Made by a program: the position numbers and the translations under genes
In this document: positions 1 to 10,093 of the stretch, in pieces
How the letters are laid out: every line of letters starts with the position of its first letter
Numbering within the stretch: the stretch's first letter is position 1
Notes under the pieces: generated by a model
What the model saw: the letters and a program-made list of their open reading frames with translations, nothing else
Told to the model about the DNA's origin: nothing
Database searches by the model: none
From: Oscillospiraceae bacterium
Lineage (GTDB): Bacteria > Bacillota > Clostridia > HGM11514
Length of the DNA: 64,000 bases
Direction: 5' to 3'
Assembly (NCBI GenBank): GCA_015068925.1
Contig: SVJP01000001.1
Span: forward strand, 1,805-65,804

Positions 1-2
1 TT

Positions 3-146
3 ATCCACCAAGAAGCTGCTATTTATGCTGATAAAGTAATGGTAAACTGCAACAAGTGCGGTCAAGCTTCCAGAACCGGTGTAAAAATGCTGGCAGACGG
101 ACAAAAAGCTCGCTACTGCAAAAAATGCGGCGAAATCATTGAGTAA
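3..146 (+). CDS. rplX: 50S ribosomal protein L24, C-terminal fragment. The gene starts upstream of the window.
   Basis: In-frame translation is IHQEAAIYADKVMVNCNKCGQASRTGVKMLADGQKARYCKKCGEIIE. It aligns with the Bacillus L24 C-terminus (EAPIHVSNVM...KVRVAKKSGQVL). It lies directly upstream of rplE, as in the spc operon. Confidence 0.7.
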   Translation: MHQEAAIYADKVMVNCNKCGQASRTGVKMLADGQKARYCKKCGEIIE

Positions 147-164
147 GCGAAAGGAGGTTAAAGC

Positions 165-707
165 ATGTCAAGAATTAGCGAAAAGTATAAGAGTGAAATG
201 GCGCCTGCCTTGATGCAGAAGTTCGGCTATAAAAGCCCGATGCAAATCCCTAAGCTGGATAAAGTCGTTGTGAACGTTGGCGTTGGAGAAGCGAAGGAAA
301 ATGCTAAGGCACTGGATGCTGCTATGAGCGATATTGCTCAGATTACAGGGCAGAAACCCACTGTCACAAAAGCAAAGAAGTCTGTTGCTGCTTTCAAAGT
401 CAGAGAAGGCATGAACATCGGCTGTAAGGTAACTCTTCGCGGCGAAAAAATGTATGAATTTGTGGATAGATTGTTTAACGTGGCTTTGCCTCGTGTTCGT
501 GACTTCAGAGGAATCAATCCTAATTCCTTTGACGGACGCGGCAATTATTCCTTAGGTTTGAAGGAACAATTAATTTTCCCTGAAATTGACTATGATAAAG
601 TGGATAAAGTGCGTGGTATGGATATTATTTTCGTAACAACTGCTCAAACCGATGAAGAAGGTAGAGAATTGTTGAAACTGATGGGCGCACCGTTCCAGCA
701 GAACTGA
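165..707 (+). CDS. rplE: 50S ribosomal protein L5
   Basis: 180 aa. AAGGAGG Shine-Dalgarno site. Strong match to the L5 family (MSRISEKY...[18 protein letters not shown]). Confidence 0.95.
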   Translation: MSRISEKYKSEMAPALMQKFGYKSPMQIPKLDKVVVNVGVGEAKENAKALDAAMSDIAQITGQKPTVTKAKKSVAAFKVREGMNIGCKVTLRGEKMYEFVDRLFNVALPRVRDFRGINPNSFDGRGNYSLGLKEQLIFPEIDYDKVDKVRGMDIIFVTTAQTDEEGRELLKLMGAPFQQN

Positions 708-723
708 GAGGAGGGGAAACATT

Positions 724-909
724 ATGGCAAAAAAGGCTATGATTTTAAAGCAACAAAAAGCTCCCAAGTATCAGACAAGAGCTTATAACAGATGCAAAAT
801 TTGTGGTCGTCCGCACGGCTATTTGAGAAAGTTCGGCGTGTGCCGTATCTGTTTCAGAGAATTGGCATACAAGGGTCAGATTCCCGGAGTAAGAAAAGCC
901 AGCTGGTAA
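724..909 (+). CDS. rpsZ: 30S ribosomal protein S14 type Z (zinc-binding)
   Basis: 61 aa with [28 protein letters not shown], a CxxC...CxxC zinc-ribbon motif. Position follows rplE. Confidence 0.95.
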   Translation: MAKKAMILKQQKAPKYQTRAYNRCKICGRPHGYLRKFGVCRICFRELAYKGQIPGVRKASW

Positions 910-942
910 AATAGAGTAGACGATTGGAAGGAGGAAAGACTC

Positions 943-1341
943 ATGCAAATTACCGATCCTATTGCTGATATGCTGACTCGTATCAGAAATGCAAATTCAG
1001 CAAAGCATGAAAGTGTTGATGTTCCTGCTTCTAATATGAAAAAAGCCATTGCGCAGATTCTGTTAGAAGAAGGATATATTAAGAACTATCAGGTAACCGA
1101 AGACGATAAACAAGGCGTTATTAAGGTTACTTTAAAGTACGGCGAGAATAAATCAAAAGTTATCTCCGGCCTGAAGAGAATCTCAAAACCGGGTCTGAGA
1201 GTATACGCAAGCTATGAAAAGTTGCCTCGTGTGTTGAATGGTCTGGGTATTGCAATCATTTCTACCTCTAAGGGTATTATGACTGACAAACAGGCAAGAG
1301 CACTGAAAATCGGTGGCGAAGTACTGGCATTTATTTGGTAA
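943..1341 (+). CDS. rpsH: 30S ribosomal protein S8
   Basis: 132 aa. [17 protein letters not shown] is the typical S8 N-terminus. Confidence 0.95.
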   Translation: MQITDPIADMLTRIRNANSAKHESVDVPASNMKKAIAQILLEEGYIKNYQVTEDDKQGVIKVTLKYGENKSKVISGLKRISKPGLRVYASYEKLPRVLNGLGIAIISTSKGIMTDKQARALKIGGEVLAFIW

Positions 1342-1377
1342 AAGACTATTTTTAGGTTGATTTAGGAGGTGTAACGA

Positions 1378-1923
1378 ATGTCACGTATTGGTAGAATGCC
1401 AATTGATGTACCTGCCGGAGTTGATGTGAAAATAGCTGAATCCAACTTTGTGACTGTAAAAGGTCCTAAAGGTACGTTAGAAAAGGCACTGCATAAGGAT
1501 ATGCTGATTAAACAAGAGGGTAACGTAATCGTTATCGAACGTCCCTCTGAAAACAAGATCCATAGAGCGATGCATGGTTTGACAAGAACCCTGCTGAACA
1601 ATATGATCGTAGGTGTGACCGAAGGATATTCCAAGGAATTGGAAGTCAACGGCGTTGGTTACAGAGCACAGAAGCAAGGGAAAAAGTTGGTTTTGAATCT
1701 GGGTTATTCTCATCCGATTGAAATGGAAGAACCCGAATTGATCACTTTTGAAGTGCCCGGACCCAACCAGATTATCGTTCGCGGTATTGATAAACAAGCA
1801 GTTGGACAGATTGCGGCTGAAATCAGAGAAAAGAGACCTCCGGAACCCTATAAGGGCAAGGGAATCAAGTATGCTGATGAACATATCAGACGCAAAGAAG
1901 GTAAAACTGGCGCTAAGAAATAA
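1378..1923 (+). CDS. rplF: 50S ribosomal protein L6
   Basis: 181 aa. [17 protein letters not shown] is the L6 signature. Operon position fits. Confidence 0.95.
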   Translation: MSRIGRMPIDVPAGVDVKIAESNFVTVKGPKGTLEKALHKDMLIKQEGNVIVIERPSENKIHRAMHGLTRTLLNNMIVGVTEGYSKELEVNGVGYRAQKQGKKLVLNLGYSHPIEMEEPELITFEVPGPNQIIVRGIDKQAVGQIAAEIREKRPPEPYKGKGIKYADEHIRRKEGKTGAKK

Positions 1924-1942
1924 GGGAAAGGAGTGATTCAGA

Positions 1943-2305
1943 GTGGTAAATAAACCGGCATCTAATAAAAACAGATTGAAACGGCATGAAAGAGTTCGTA
2001 AGAACATTTCCGGTACTCCTGAACGTCCTCGTTTGAATGTATTCAGAAGTTTGAAGCATATGTATGCGCAGGTGATTGATGATGTGAATGGCGTAACATT
2101 AGCAAGCGCTTCCACATTGGATAAGGAATTTGCGGATACCTACGGCGGCAACAAATCTGCTGCCCGTGAGCTTGGTAAGCTGATAGCAGAGCGTGCTAAA
2201 GCTAAGGGGATTGAAGAGGTTGTATTTGACCGCGGCGGATACCTGTATCACGGTAGAGTTATGGAACTCGCTGAGGGTGCTCGTGAGGGCGGATTAAAGT
2301 TTTAG
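1943..2305 (+). CDS. rplR: 50S ribosomal protein L18
   Basis: 120 aa. GTG start 9 nt after [35 protein letters not shown] is L18-like. Confidence 0.93.
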   Translation: MVNKPASNKNRLKRHERVRKNISGTPERPRLNVFRSLKHMYAQVIDDVNGVTLASASTLDKEFADTYGGNKSAARELGKLIAERAKAKGIEEVVFDRGGYLYHGRVMELAEGAREGGLKF

Positions 2306-2320
2306 TAAAGGAGGAACATC

Positions 2321-2824
2321 ATGACGGAACGAATTGATGCAAGCACATTGGATATCAAAGAAAAAGTTGTTGCAATAAATCGTGTCGCCAAGGTTGTAAA
2401 GGGCGGACGTACCTTCCGTTTTTCCGCTTTGGTGGTTGTTGGTGATGAAAATGGTCACGTAGGTTGCGGAATGGGTAAAGCTGCTGAAATTCCTGAAGCA
2501 ATCCGCAAGGGAATTGAAGATGCGAAGAAGAATATGATTACAGTAAATCTGCTGGGAACTACGGTTCCTCACGATGTCATTGGTGAATATGGCGCAGGTC
2601 GTGTGCTGGTTAAACCCGCCGGTGAAGGTACCGGGGTTATCGCAGGTGGTGCTGCCCGTGCGGTAATGGAACTGGCAGGCATCAAAGACATCAGAGCAAA
2701 ATCTCTGCGTTCTAATAATCCGAAAAATGTAGTGTGTGCTACTATTGCTGCACTGGCGGATCTGAAGAGTGCAGAAGAGGTAGCCAAGCTGAGAGGCAAA
2801 ACTACCGAAGAAATTTTAGGTTAA
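2321..2824 (+). CDS. rpsE: 30S ribosomal protein S5
   Basis: 167 aa. [24 protein letters not shown] is the S5 motif. Confidence 0.95.
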   Translation: MTERIDASTLDIKEKVVAINRVAKVVKGGRTFRFSALVVVGDENGHVGCGMGKAAEIPEAIRKGIEDAKKNMITVNLLGTTVPHDVIGEYGAGRVLVKPAGEGTGVIAGGAARAVMELAGIKDIRAKSLRSNNPKNVVCATIAALADLKSAEEVAKLRGKTTEEILG

Positions 2825-2836
2825 GGAGGTTGCGAC

Positions 2837-3019
2837 ATGGCTAAGATCAGTGTTACTTTAGTAAAAAGCACCATTGGCAGAAAAGATGACCAGATTGCGA
2901 CCGTAGCAGCCCTCGGTTTGAAGAAAATCAGAGATACCAAGGTATTTGAGGATGGTCCTGCGATCCGTGGTATGGTGAATAAAGTGTCACATTTGGTAGA
3001 AGTGAAAGAGGTAAAATAA
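2837..3019 (+). CDS. rpmD: 50S ribosomal protein L30
   Basis: 60 aa. [28 protein letters not shown] is L30-like. Confidence 0.93.
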   Translation: MAKISVTLVKSTIGRKDDQIATVAALGLKKIRDTKVFEDGPAIRGMVNKVSHLVEVKEVK

Positions 3020-3037
3020 CGAAGGAGGTGTGTGCAA

Positions 3038-3478
3038 ATGAAACTTTGTGAATTGTCTCCGGCTCCTGGTTCTGTAAAGGATCCGAAAAGAAAAGGCCGT
3101 GGTCATGCAACCGGTAACGGTAAAACCGCAGGCCGTGGTCACAAGGGACAAAAGGCTCGTTCCGGCGGCGGTGTGAGACCCGGTTTCGAAGGTGGACAGA
3201 TGCCTTTGTACCGTAGATTGCCGAAGCGTGGCTTTGTCAACATTTTTGCAAAAGAATATGTATCAATTAATGTTGCTCAATTAGAAAGATTTGAAAACGG
3301 AACAGAAGTAACACCTGCACTGTTAAAGGAAACCGGTGTTGTTTCAAAAATTTGCGACGGTATCGTTGTATTGGGCAGAGGTGAATTAACCAAGAACCTT
3401 ACCGTAAAGGCTGCAAGATTCTCTGAATCTGCGAAGAAGAAAATCACTGCAGTCGGCGGAAAGTTCGAGGTGATTTAA
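3038..3478 (+). CDS. rplO: 50S ribosomal protein L15
   Basis: ATG 7 nt after [45 protein letters not shown] is L15-like. The track ORF starts 2 codons earlier, at a GTG. Confidence 0.93.
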   Translation: MKLCELSPAPGSVKDPKRKGRGHATGNGKTAGRGHKGQKARSGGGVRPGFEGGQMPLYRRLPKRGFVNIFAKEYVSINVAQLERFENGTEVTPALLKETGVVSKICDGIVVLGRGELTKNLTVKAARFSESAKKKITAVGGKFEVI

Positions 3479-3479
3479 A

Positions 3480-4739
3480 TTGTTTAAAACAATTGTAAAT
3501 GCTTTTAAAATTCCGGATTTAAGAAAGAAGATTTTATACACCATTCTGTTGATGGTTATCTTCCGTTTAGGCTCTCACGTTCCTGTACCCGGTTTGGATG
3601 CCGAAGCGTTGAGTGACGCAGTAAGCAACCTGGATATGCTGGGTTTGATGGATATGATTTCCGGTGGTGCTTTGTCTCAGGCGACCATTTTTGCTATGAG
3701 CATTACCCCCTATATCAACTCTTCCATCATTATGCAGCTGTTGACTGTAGCTGTACCTGCTTTGGAAAGACTGTCCCGTCAGGGTGAAGAAGGCAGAAAG
3801 AAGATTGGTCAGTACACAAGAGCATTGACTATACTGCTTGCTTTCATTCAGTCTACCGGTATGTACTTTGGTCTTCAGAGTGCGGTTAAAAGTCCCGGAA
3901 TCATGACTTACTTTACAGTAATTTTGACCCTGACTGCCGGTACTGCATTTTTGATGTGGTTGGGTGAAAAGATTACCGATAAAGGGATCGGAAATGGAAT
4001 TTCTCTGATTATCTTTGCCGGTATTGTTTGCCGTTTCCCGCAGATTATTATGCAACTTGTTGGTAATATGCAGGGCGGTGGCTTAGGTTGGGTTTCTGCA
4101 ATCATCATTCTGGTTGCTTGTATTGTTCTGATTGGTGCAATCGTTTGGATGAATGAAGCAGAGCGCAGAATTCCTGTTCAGTATGCAAAACGTGTTGTTG
4201 GAAGAAAGATGTATGGCGGTCAAAGCACTCATATTCCGATTAAAGTGAGTATGGCTGGTGTAATGCCTATCATCTTTGCAATGTCAATTATGTCATTCCC
4301 TGCAACCATTATGCAGTTATTCGGTAAGGATACAACCGGTTGGGTTATGACCAACATCTTTGGTTATGGTTCAGTTGGTTACATGATTTTATACTTCTTG
4401 TTAATTCTGTTCTTTACGTTCTTCTACACAAAGATTCAGTTCAATACTGTAGAAATCGCAAATAACATGAAAAACAACGGAGGATTTATTCCCGGAATTC
4501 GTCCCGGAAGATCTACTTCCGAATTTATTGAAAAATCCTTAAACAAGATCACCATGGCAGGAGCACTTTTTATTGCTATTGTTGCTTTGTTCCCCATGGT
4601 TATCGCAACAGTTTTTGGTTTGACTTCCTTCAGTATCGGCGGAACTTCAATCCTGATTGTTGTCGGTGTTATTTTGGAAACCAGAAAACAGATTGAATCT
4701 CAGATGATGATTCGCCACTATAAAGGATTTTTAGAGTAA
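3480..4739 (+). CDS. secY: Preprotein translocase subunit SecY
   Basis: 419 aa polytopic membrane protein. TTG start. The N-terminus MFKTIVNAFKIPDLRKKILYTILLMVIFRLGSHVPVPG is SecY-like. Position follows rplO. Confidence 0.95.
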   Translation: MFKTIVNAFKIPDLRKKILYTILLMVIFRLGSHVPVPGLDAEALSDAVSNLDMLGLMDMISGGALSQATIFAMSITPYINSSIIMQLLTVAVPALERLSRQGEEGRKKIGQYTRALTILLAFIQSTGMYFGLQSAVKSPGIMTYFTVILTLTAGTAFLMWLGEKITDKGIGNGISLIIFAGIVCRFPQIIMQLVGNMQGGGLGWVSAIIILVACIVLIGAIVWMNEAERRIPVQYAKRVVGRKMYGGQSTHIPIKVSMAGVMPIIFAMSIMSFPATIMQLFGKDTTGWVMTNIFGYGSVGYMILYFLLILFFTFFYTKIQFNTVEIANNMKNNGGFIPGIRPGRSTSEFIEKSLNKITMAGALFIAIVALFPMVIATVFGLTSFSIGGTSILIVVGVILETRKQIESQMMIRHYKGFLE

Positions 4740-4792
4740 AGCATAAATGGCTGATTAAAGTCGGGCTTTTAAAGAAGGTGAATGACGTGAAT

Positions 4793-5422
4793 ATGATTCT
4801 GTTAGGTGCCCCGGGTGCCGGAAAAGGTACTCAAGCGGAACTACTTGCAGAAAAGTTATCAATTCCCACGATTTCCACCGGAGCGATGCTTCGTGCAGCA
4901 ATCCGGAAGGGAACAGAGCTTGGGAAAAAAGCGAAAGAACTGATTGATCGCGGACAGTTGGTAAGCGACGACGTGATGATCGGTATGATATCGGAGCGTC
5001 TTAAGGAAGAGGATTGCCAAAATGGATTTATTCTTGATGGCTTTCCTCGCACCATCGCCCAAGCAGAAGCGTTGGACGGTTTGGGAATCAAAATTGATTT
5101 GGCTCTTTCCTTTGATGCACCGGATGAAGTTATCATCAAGCGGTTGGGCGGAAGAAGGGAGTGTCCTAAATGCGGAGCTACCTTCCATGTTGACAACAAG
5201 CCTTCTGCAAACGGTGATTTTTGTGATAAATGCAATGCAGAGCTGAAAACCCGTGATGATGACAAAGAAGAGACAATCAAAAAAAGATTGCAGGTCTACT
5301 ATGCCCAAAGTGCACCGCTGAAGGAATATTATGGCGAAAAAGGCGTTTTGAAAGAAATCAGCGCAGATCAGCCGTTAGATGTCATTACAGCACAAGCCTT
5401 TGCGGTTGTGGGAGCAAATTAG
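4793..5422 (+). CDS. adk: Adenylate kinase with a Cys4 zinc lid
   Basis: MILLGAPGAGKGTQAE P-loop. The lid is CPKCG...CDKC. Start codon chosen at the ATG; upstream GTG starts at 4778 and 4787 are possible. Confidence 0.92.
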   Translation: MILLGAPGAGKGTQAELLAEKLSIPTISTGAMLRAAIRKGTELGKKAKELIDRGQLVSDDVMIGMISERLKEEDCQNGFILDGFPRTIAQAEALDGLGIKIDLALSFDAPDEVIIKRLGGRRECPKCGATFHVDNKPSANGDFCDKCNAELKTRDDDKEETIKKRLQVYYAQSAPLKEYYGEKGVLKEISADQPLDVITAQAFAVVGAN

Positions 5423-5423
5423 T

Positions 5424-6167
5424 ATGATTTCGATTAAATCAAAAAAAGAAGTGTCTCTGATGCGTGAAGCCGGTCTTGTAGCAGTTGAAGCACTGGGAAA
5501 AATCCAGAACTCATTACAAGAGGGTATCACAACAGCAGAGATTGACAAAATTGCTTATGACTGTATCACAGGTCACAATATGAGACCTTCATTCCTGAAT
5601 TATCGGGGATTTCCCGGTTCGGTCTGTGCTTCGGTAAATGAAGTGGTAATCCATGGAATTCCCGGAGAACGCAGATTACAGGAAGGAGATATCATCAGTA
5701 TTGATATCGGTGTTTGTCATAACGGTTACCATGCTGACTGTGCCAGAACCTTTGGCGTTGGGAAAATCAGCGACGAGGCTGCTCGATTGATTCAAGTTAC
5801 AGAGCAAAGCTTTTATGAAGGCATTGCTCATGCCAAGTCAGGAGAGCGGCTCAGCAATCTTTCTCATGCGATTCAGGTTTGTGCAGAAAGTGCAGGCTAC
5901 GGTGTTGTCCGTGATTTTGTGGGACATGGCGTAGGAAGTCAGCTTCATGAAGAACCCAGCATTCCGAATTATGGTGCTGCCGGACGGGGCGTAAGACTTT
6001 ATCCCGGAATGACTTTGGCTGTGGAACCTATGATTAATCAAGGAACCTATCAGGTCAAGGTGTTGGCAGATGGCTGGACAACGGTAACAGCGGACGGCAA
6101 ATTAGCTGCCCATTATGAAAACACAATTTTGATTACTGATCAAGAACCCGTGATATTAACAAAGTAA
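5424..6167 (+). CDS. map: Methionine aminopeptidase type I
   Basis: MISIKSKKEVSLMREAG. The metal ligands sit in the usual M24A context. Position follows adk. Confidence 0.93.
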   Translation: MISIKSKKEVSLMREAGLVAVEALGKIQNSLQEGITTAEIDKIAYDCITGHNMRPSFLNYRGFPGSVCASVNEVVIHGIPGERRLQEGDIISIDIGVCHNGYHADCARTFGVGKISDEAARLIQVTEQSFYEGIAHAKSGERLSNLSHAIQVCAESAGYGVVRDFVGHGVGSQLHEEPSIPNYGAAGRGVRLYPGMTLAVEPMINQGTYQVKVLADGWTTVTADGKLAAHYENTILITDQEPVILTK

Positions 6168-6177
6168 AATTTTTGAG

Positions 6178-6471
6178 GTGAAGAAATCGGTGGATGATAT
6201 TTATCCGTCCGCATTTGTAACATCAATTGCGGGACGGGACAAAGGAAAAATCTTTGTTGTATTGTCTGTGGAAGACGAGAATTATGTTGCTATCAGCGAC
6301 GGAAGGATGCGAAAAACCGATCATCCGAAACGGAAAAAGGTGAAGCATCTGAAAGCACTTGGAAGAAATAGTGATTTTATTGCGCAGAAGCTGAGTAATG
6401 ATTGTAAAGTAACCAATTTAGAACTCAGAACTGCCATCACGGAACTGACTACGCAGCAGAAAGACGTGTAA
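6178..6471 (+). CDS. KOW-domain RNA-binding protein (YbzG-like)
   Basis: 97 aa basic protein between map and infA, the same position as in Bacillus. The start codon is uncertain; GTG candidates at 6178 and 6190. Confidence 0.55.
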   Translation: MKKSVDDIYPSAFVTSIAGRDKGKIFVVLSVEDENYVAISDGRMRKTDHPKRKKVKHLKALGRNSDFIAQKLSNDCKVTNLELRTAITELTTQQKDV

Positions 6472-6504
6472 CGTCGAGCCAAAATTCTGGAAGGAGGTAT
6501 TCCT

Positions 6505-6723
6505 TTGGCGAAAGATGATGTTTTGGAATTGGAAGGTACGGTTGTTGAGGCATTGCCTAACGCAGTGTTCCAGGTTGAATTAGAAAACGGGCACAAGATA
6601 TTGGCTCATATTTCGGGTAAGCTTCGTATGAATTTTATCCGGATTCTTCCGGGTGACAAGGTTACGGTTGAGATGTCGCCCTACGATTTGACCAAGGGTC
6701 GGATTACATGGCGTGCAAAATAA
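6505..6723 (+). CDS. infA: Translation initiation factor IF-1
   Basis: 72 aa. [53 protein letters not shown] is near-identical in pattern to Bacillus subtilis IF-1. TTG start. Confidence 0.95.
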   Translation: MAKDDVLELEGTVVEALPNAVFQVELENGHKILAHISGKLRMNFIRILPGDKVTVEMSPYDLTKGRITWRAK

Positions 6724-6753
6724 ACCGTCCATCGCTTAGTAAACTATTGTTAG

Positions 6754-6879
<126 letters not shown>

Positions 6880-7063
6880 TGATTTTATTCCGTATGCGGC
6901 TGGCGGAAGATCGGCAATTCCGGAAGACGGGGCCTTTGGCGGAAGCCTGTGGTGTGTGAACCGGCTTCGGGAAGGGCAACTCGGTTTTCTGCAATACGGA
7001 GTTCATCATAAAAGAATACACAAAAATGAATTGCATAGAAAATGCAGGAGGTGTAAACAGTAA
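6880..7063 (+). promoter_or_regulatory. Untranslated leader between rpmJ and rpsM. It is relatively GC-rich and contains a repeated GGCGGAAG motif. Candidate autoregulatory element of the alpha operon.
   Basis: About 185 nt with no plausible ORF on either strand. Repeats TGGCGGAAG, CCGGAAGACGG and GGCGGAAGCC. Because rpsD sits inside this alpha operon, S4-mediated translational control at an rpsM leader is plausible. Confidence 0.3.
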
Positions 7064-7432
7064 ATGGCAAGAATTGCAGGTGTTGATTTACCCAAGGAAA
7101 AGCGCGTAGAATACGGCTTGACTTATATTTTTGGTATCGGCGTTAGCAGCTCCAGAAAAATTCTTGAAGCAACCGGAATTGATCCGGATACAAGAGTTAA
7201 GGATCTGACAGAAGAACAGGTTGGTTTGCTGCGTGATGCAATCGATAAGGATTACACAGTTGAAGGTGACTTGCGCCGTCAGGTTTCTCTGGACATTAAG
7301 CGTTTGATGGAAATCGGGTGCTATCGTGGTCTGAGACACAGACGCGGACTGCCCGTAAGAGGACAGAACACCAAGAACAACGCACGTACCAGAAAAGGTC
7401 CTAAAAAGACTATGGCAGGTAAGAAAAAGTAA
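7064..7432 (+). CDS. rpsM: 30S ribosomal protein S13
   Basis: 122 aa. [26 protein letters not shown] is the S13 N-terminus. Confidence 0.95.
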   Translation: MARIAGVDLPKEKRVEYGLTYIFGIGVSSSRKILEATGIDPDTRVKDLTEEQVGLLRDAIDKDYTVEGDLRRQVSLDIKRLMEIGCYRGLRHRRGLPVRGQNTKNNARTRKGPKKTMAGKKK

Positions 7433-7450
7433 AGAAGGAGGTTCGATACC

Positions 7451-7846
7451 ATGGCTAAAACAGTGAAAAAAACAACACGCAGAAGACGCGAGCGTAAAAA
7501 TATCGAACGCGGTGCGGTTCATATCCGTTCTTCGTTCAACAATACCATTGTTACCATTACCGATGTTGCCGGTAATGCGATTTCATGGGCGAGCGCAGGC
7601 GGAATGGGCTTTCGCGGTTCTAGAAAGAACACTCCCTTTGCTGCTCAGACTGCTGCAGAAACCGCTGCAAAAGCGGCTATGGAGCATGGCCTGAAAATGG
7701 TTGAAGTATATGTAAAAGGACCCGGCGCCGGAAGAGAGGCTGCAATCAGAGCATTGCAGGGAGCAGGCTTAGAAGTTACTATGATCAAAGACGTAACTCC
7801 CATTCCTCATAACGGATGCAGACCCCCCAAACGCCGCAGAGTTTGA
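7451..7846 (+). CDS. rpsK: 30S ribosomal protein S11
   Basis: 131 aa. [28 protein letters not shown] is S11-like. Confidence 0.95.
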   Translation: MAKTVKKTTRRRRERKNIERGAVHIRSSFNNTIVTITDVAGNAISWASAGGMGFRGSRKNTPFAAQTAAETAAKAAMEHGLKMVEVYVKGPGAGREAAIRALQGAGLEVTMIKDVTPIPHNGCRPPKRRRV

Positions 7847-7891
7847 TCTGTTGGTAATGCGGGATTACTATTAATTAATGGAGGTGCAGAT

Positions 7892-8518
7892 ATGGCACGT
7901 TATACCGAAGCGGTATGCAGACTTTGCCGCAGAGAAGGCCAGAAGCTTTTTCTGAAGGGCGACCGTTGTTATACAGGAAAATGCGCCGTTGACAGAAGAC
8001 CTTATGCGCCCGGTCAGCACGGCCAGAGCAGAAAAAAGGTTTCTGAATACGGAATTCAGTTAAGAGAAAAACAGAAAGCAAGAAGATATTACGGCGTTTT
8101 GGAAGGTCAGTTCGAAAAATATTTCGTAATGGCTGAAAAGAAAGCCGGAATCACAGGTGAAAACCTGCTGGCAATTTTGGAAAGCAGACTGGACAACGTT
8201 GCTTATAGACTGGGATTTGGAATGTCCCGTCCCGAAGCAAGACAGTTGGTTAGACATGGCCACTTTACCGTAAATGGCAAGAAGGTTGATATTCCTTCCT
8301 ACCTGGTTTCTCCCGGGGATGTAATTGCTGTTAAAGAAGGTAGCCGCGGCAAGACCAAGATTAAGGCAGTTCTGGAAGCAACCGAAGGAAAAGTAATTCC
8401 TAAGTGGCTGGATCTGGATCGTAATACTTTGCAGGCTAAGGTTGTTACCCTGGCAGCAAGAGAAGACATTGACCTCCCGTTGGAAGAACATCTTATTGTT
8501 GAGTATTATTCCAAGTAA
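7892..8518 (+). CDS. rpsD: 30S ribosomal protein S4
   Basis: 208 aa. [31 protein letters not shown] is the S4 N-terminal Zn motif, and an S4 RNA-binding domain follows. Confidence 0.95.
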   Translation: MARYTEAVCRLCRREGQKLFLKGDRCYTGKCAVDRRPYAPGQHGQSRKKVSEYGIQLREKQKARRYYGVLEGQFEKYFVMAEKKAGITGENLLAILESRLDNVAYRLGFGMSRPEARQLVRHGHFTVNGKKVDIPSYLVSPGDVIAVKEGSRGKTKIKAVLEATEGKVIPKWLDLDRNTLQAKVVTLAAREDIDLPLEEHLIVEYYSK

Positions 8519-8572
8519 TCAGAGTTCAATTTTTGAGCATTTAAAATTGAATATTGAAGGAGGGTTTTGTCA

Positions 8573-9529
8573 ATGATCGAGATCGAAAAACCAAGAATAG
8601 AGTGTATTGAAGAAAAGGACAACGCATCCTATGCCCGTTTTATTGTTGAACCTTTGGAGCGGGGATACGGAATGACACTGGGAAACAGCTTGCGCAGAAT
8701 TTTGCTGTCCTCGCTTCCCGGTGTTGCGGTAACCTCTGTTAAGATTGACGGAGTTTTGCATGAATTTTCTACTATTCCCGGTGTCAGAGAAGATGTTACC
8801 GAGATTGTGTTAAACCTCAAGAAACTGATTGCTAAGCTTCATTGCGACGGACCAAAAACTGTTTTCATTGAAGCAAAGGGTGCAGGAAAAATTTATGCTT
8901 CTGATATCAAGCCTGATTCAGATGTTGAAATTTTAAGTAACGATTTGTTAATTGCTACTTTAAATGAGGATGCAAAGCTGTATATGGAAATCACACTGGA
9001 CCATGGCCGTGGCTATGTTTCAGCAGAAAGAAATAAGGCGGCAATGGGAAATAATGTTATCGGAATTATCCCCGTTGACTCCATTTATACGCCTGTTGTA
9101 AAGTTTAATTACAACGTGGAAAACACCCGTGTCGGTCAGGATACTGATTTTGACAAGTTGGTGGTTGACGTTTGGACAGACGGAACCATCCGTCCGGATG
9201 AAGCTGTCAGCCTTGGTGCGAAGATTATGAATGAGCATCTAAACCTGTTTATTGATCTTTCTGATGATGCCAGAAATACTGAAATTATGGTGGAAAAGGA
9301 AGAAACCAAGAAGGAAAAGGTGCTGGAAATGCAAATCGAGGATTTGGATTTCTCTGTTCGTTCCTACAACTGCTTGAAGCGTGCGGGAATTAACACGGTG
9401 GAAGACTTGATTGGCAAAACTGAAGAAGATATGATGAAGGTCAGAAACCTGGGCAGAAAGTCTCTGGAAGAAGTCATCAACAAGCTGATTTCTTTAGGAC
9501 TCTCCCTGTCCGAATCTGAGGACCAGTAA
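8573..9529 (+). CDS. rpoA: DNA-directed RNA polymerase alpha subunit
   Basis: [50 protein letters not shown] 7 nt after GAAGGAGGG. Confidence 0.95.
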   Translation: MIEIEKPRIECIEEKDNASYARFIVEPLERGYGMTLGNSLRRILLSSLPGVAVTSVKIDGVLHEFSTIPGVREDVTEIVLNLKKLIAKLHCDGPKTVFIEAKGAGKIYASDIKPDSDVEILSNDLLIATLNEDAKLYMEITLDHGRGYVSAERNKAAMGNNVIGIIPVDSIYTPVVKFNYNVENTRVGQDTDFDKLVVDVWTDGTIRPDEAVSLGAKIMNEHLNLFIDLSDDARNTEIMVEKEETKKEKVLEMQIEDLDFSVRSYNCLKRAGINTVEDLIGKTEEDMMKVRNLGRKSLEEVINKLISLGLSLSESEDQ

Positions 9530-9564
9530 TAAGGCTAAATTCATGAACAAAGGAGGTATTTGAA

Positions 9565-9909
9565 ATGCCTGGAACAAGAAAATTAGGCAGACCTACCGAT
9601 CAGCGTCGTGCTATGTTGAGATCTTTGACTACTTGTGTATTGGAAAACGGTCAGATTGTGACCACCGAAACCAGAGCAAAGGAAGCAAGAAGCATGGTGG
9701 AAAAGATGATTACATTGGGTAAAACCAATACATTGCATTCCAGAAGACAGGCGCTGGCATACATTACCAAAGAAGATGTGGTTAAGAAGCTGTTTGATGA
9801 AATTGCACCTAAGTATGCAGAAAGAAATGGCGGATACACCAGAATCATTAAAATGGGTCCCCGCAGAGGTGACGCAGCTCCCATGGCTGTTTTGCAGTTG
9901 GTGGACTAA
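9565..9909 (+). CDS. rplQ: 50S ribosomal protein L17
   Basis: 114 aa. [35 protein letters not shown] is L17-like. Confidence 0.95.
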   Translation: MPGTRKLGRPTDQRRAMLRSLTTCVLENGQIVTTETRAKEARSMVEKMITLGKTNTLHSRRQALAYITKEDVVKKLFDEIAPKYAERNGGYTRIIKMGPRRGDAAPMAVLQLVD

Positions 9910-9922
9910 TCAGGTAATCAAA

Positions 9923-9955
9923 ACGACCAAAGCGAAATGCTTTGGTCGTTTTTTG
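9923..9955 (+). terminator. Rho-independent terminator of the alpha operon
   Basis: ACGACCAAAGC-gaaat-GCTTTGGTCGT followed by TTTTT. Confidence 0.75.
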
Positions 9956-10093
9956 TATGTTTTCCGCCGGATACTATCAGCTAAATTTTATATCAAGGAG
10001 ACAGATAACATGAGGTGTCAGAGAATCATCCCACTGACACCCCTGAAAGACATTTTCTTATTAAAACATAACGTGTTCCCGGATTACTGTTTT

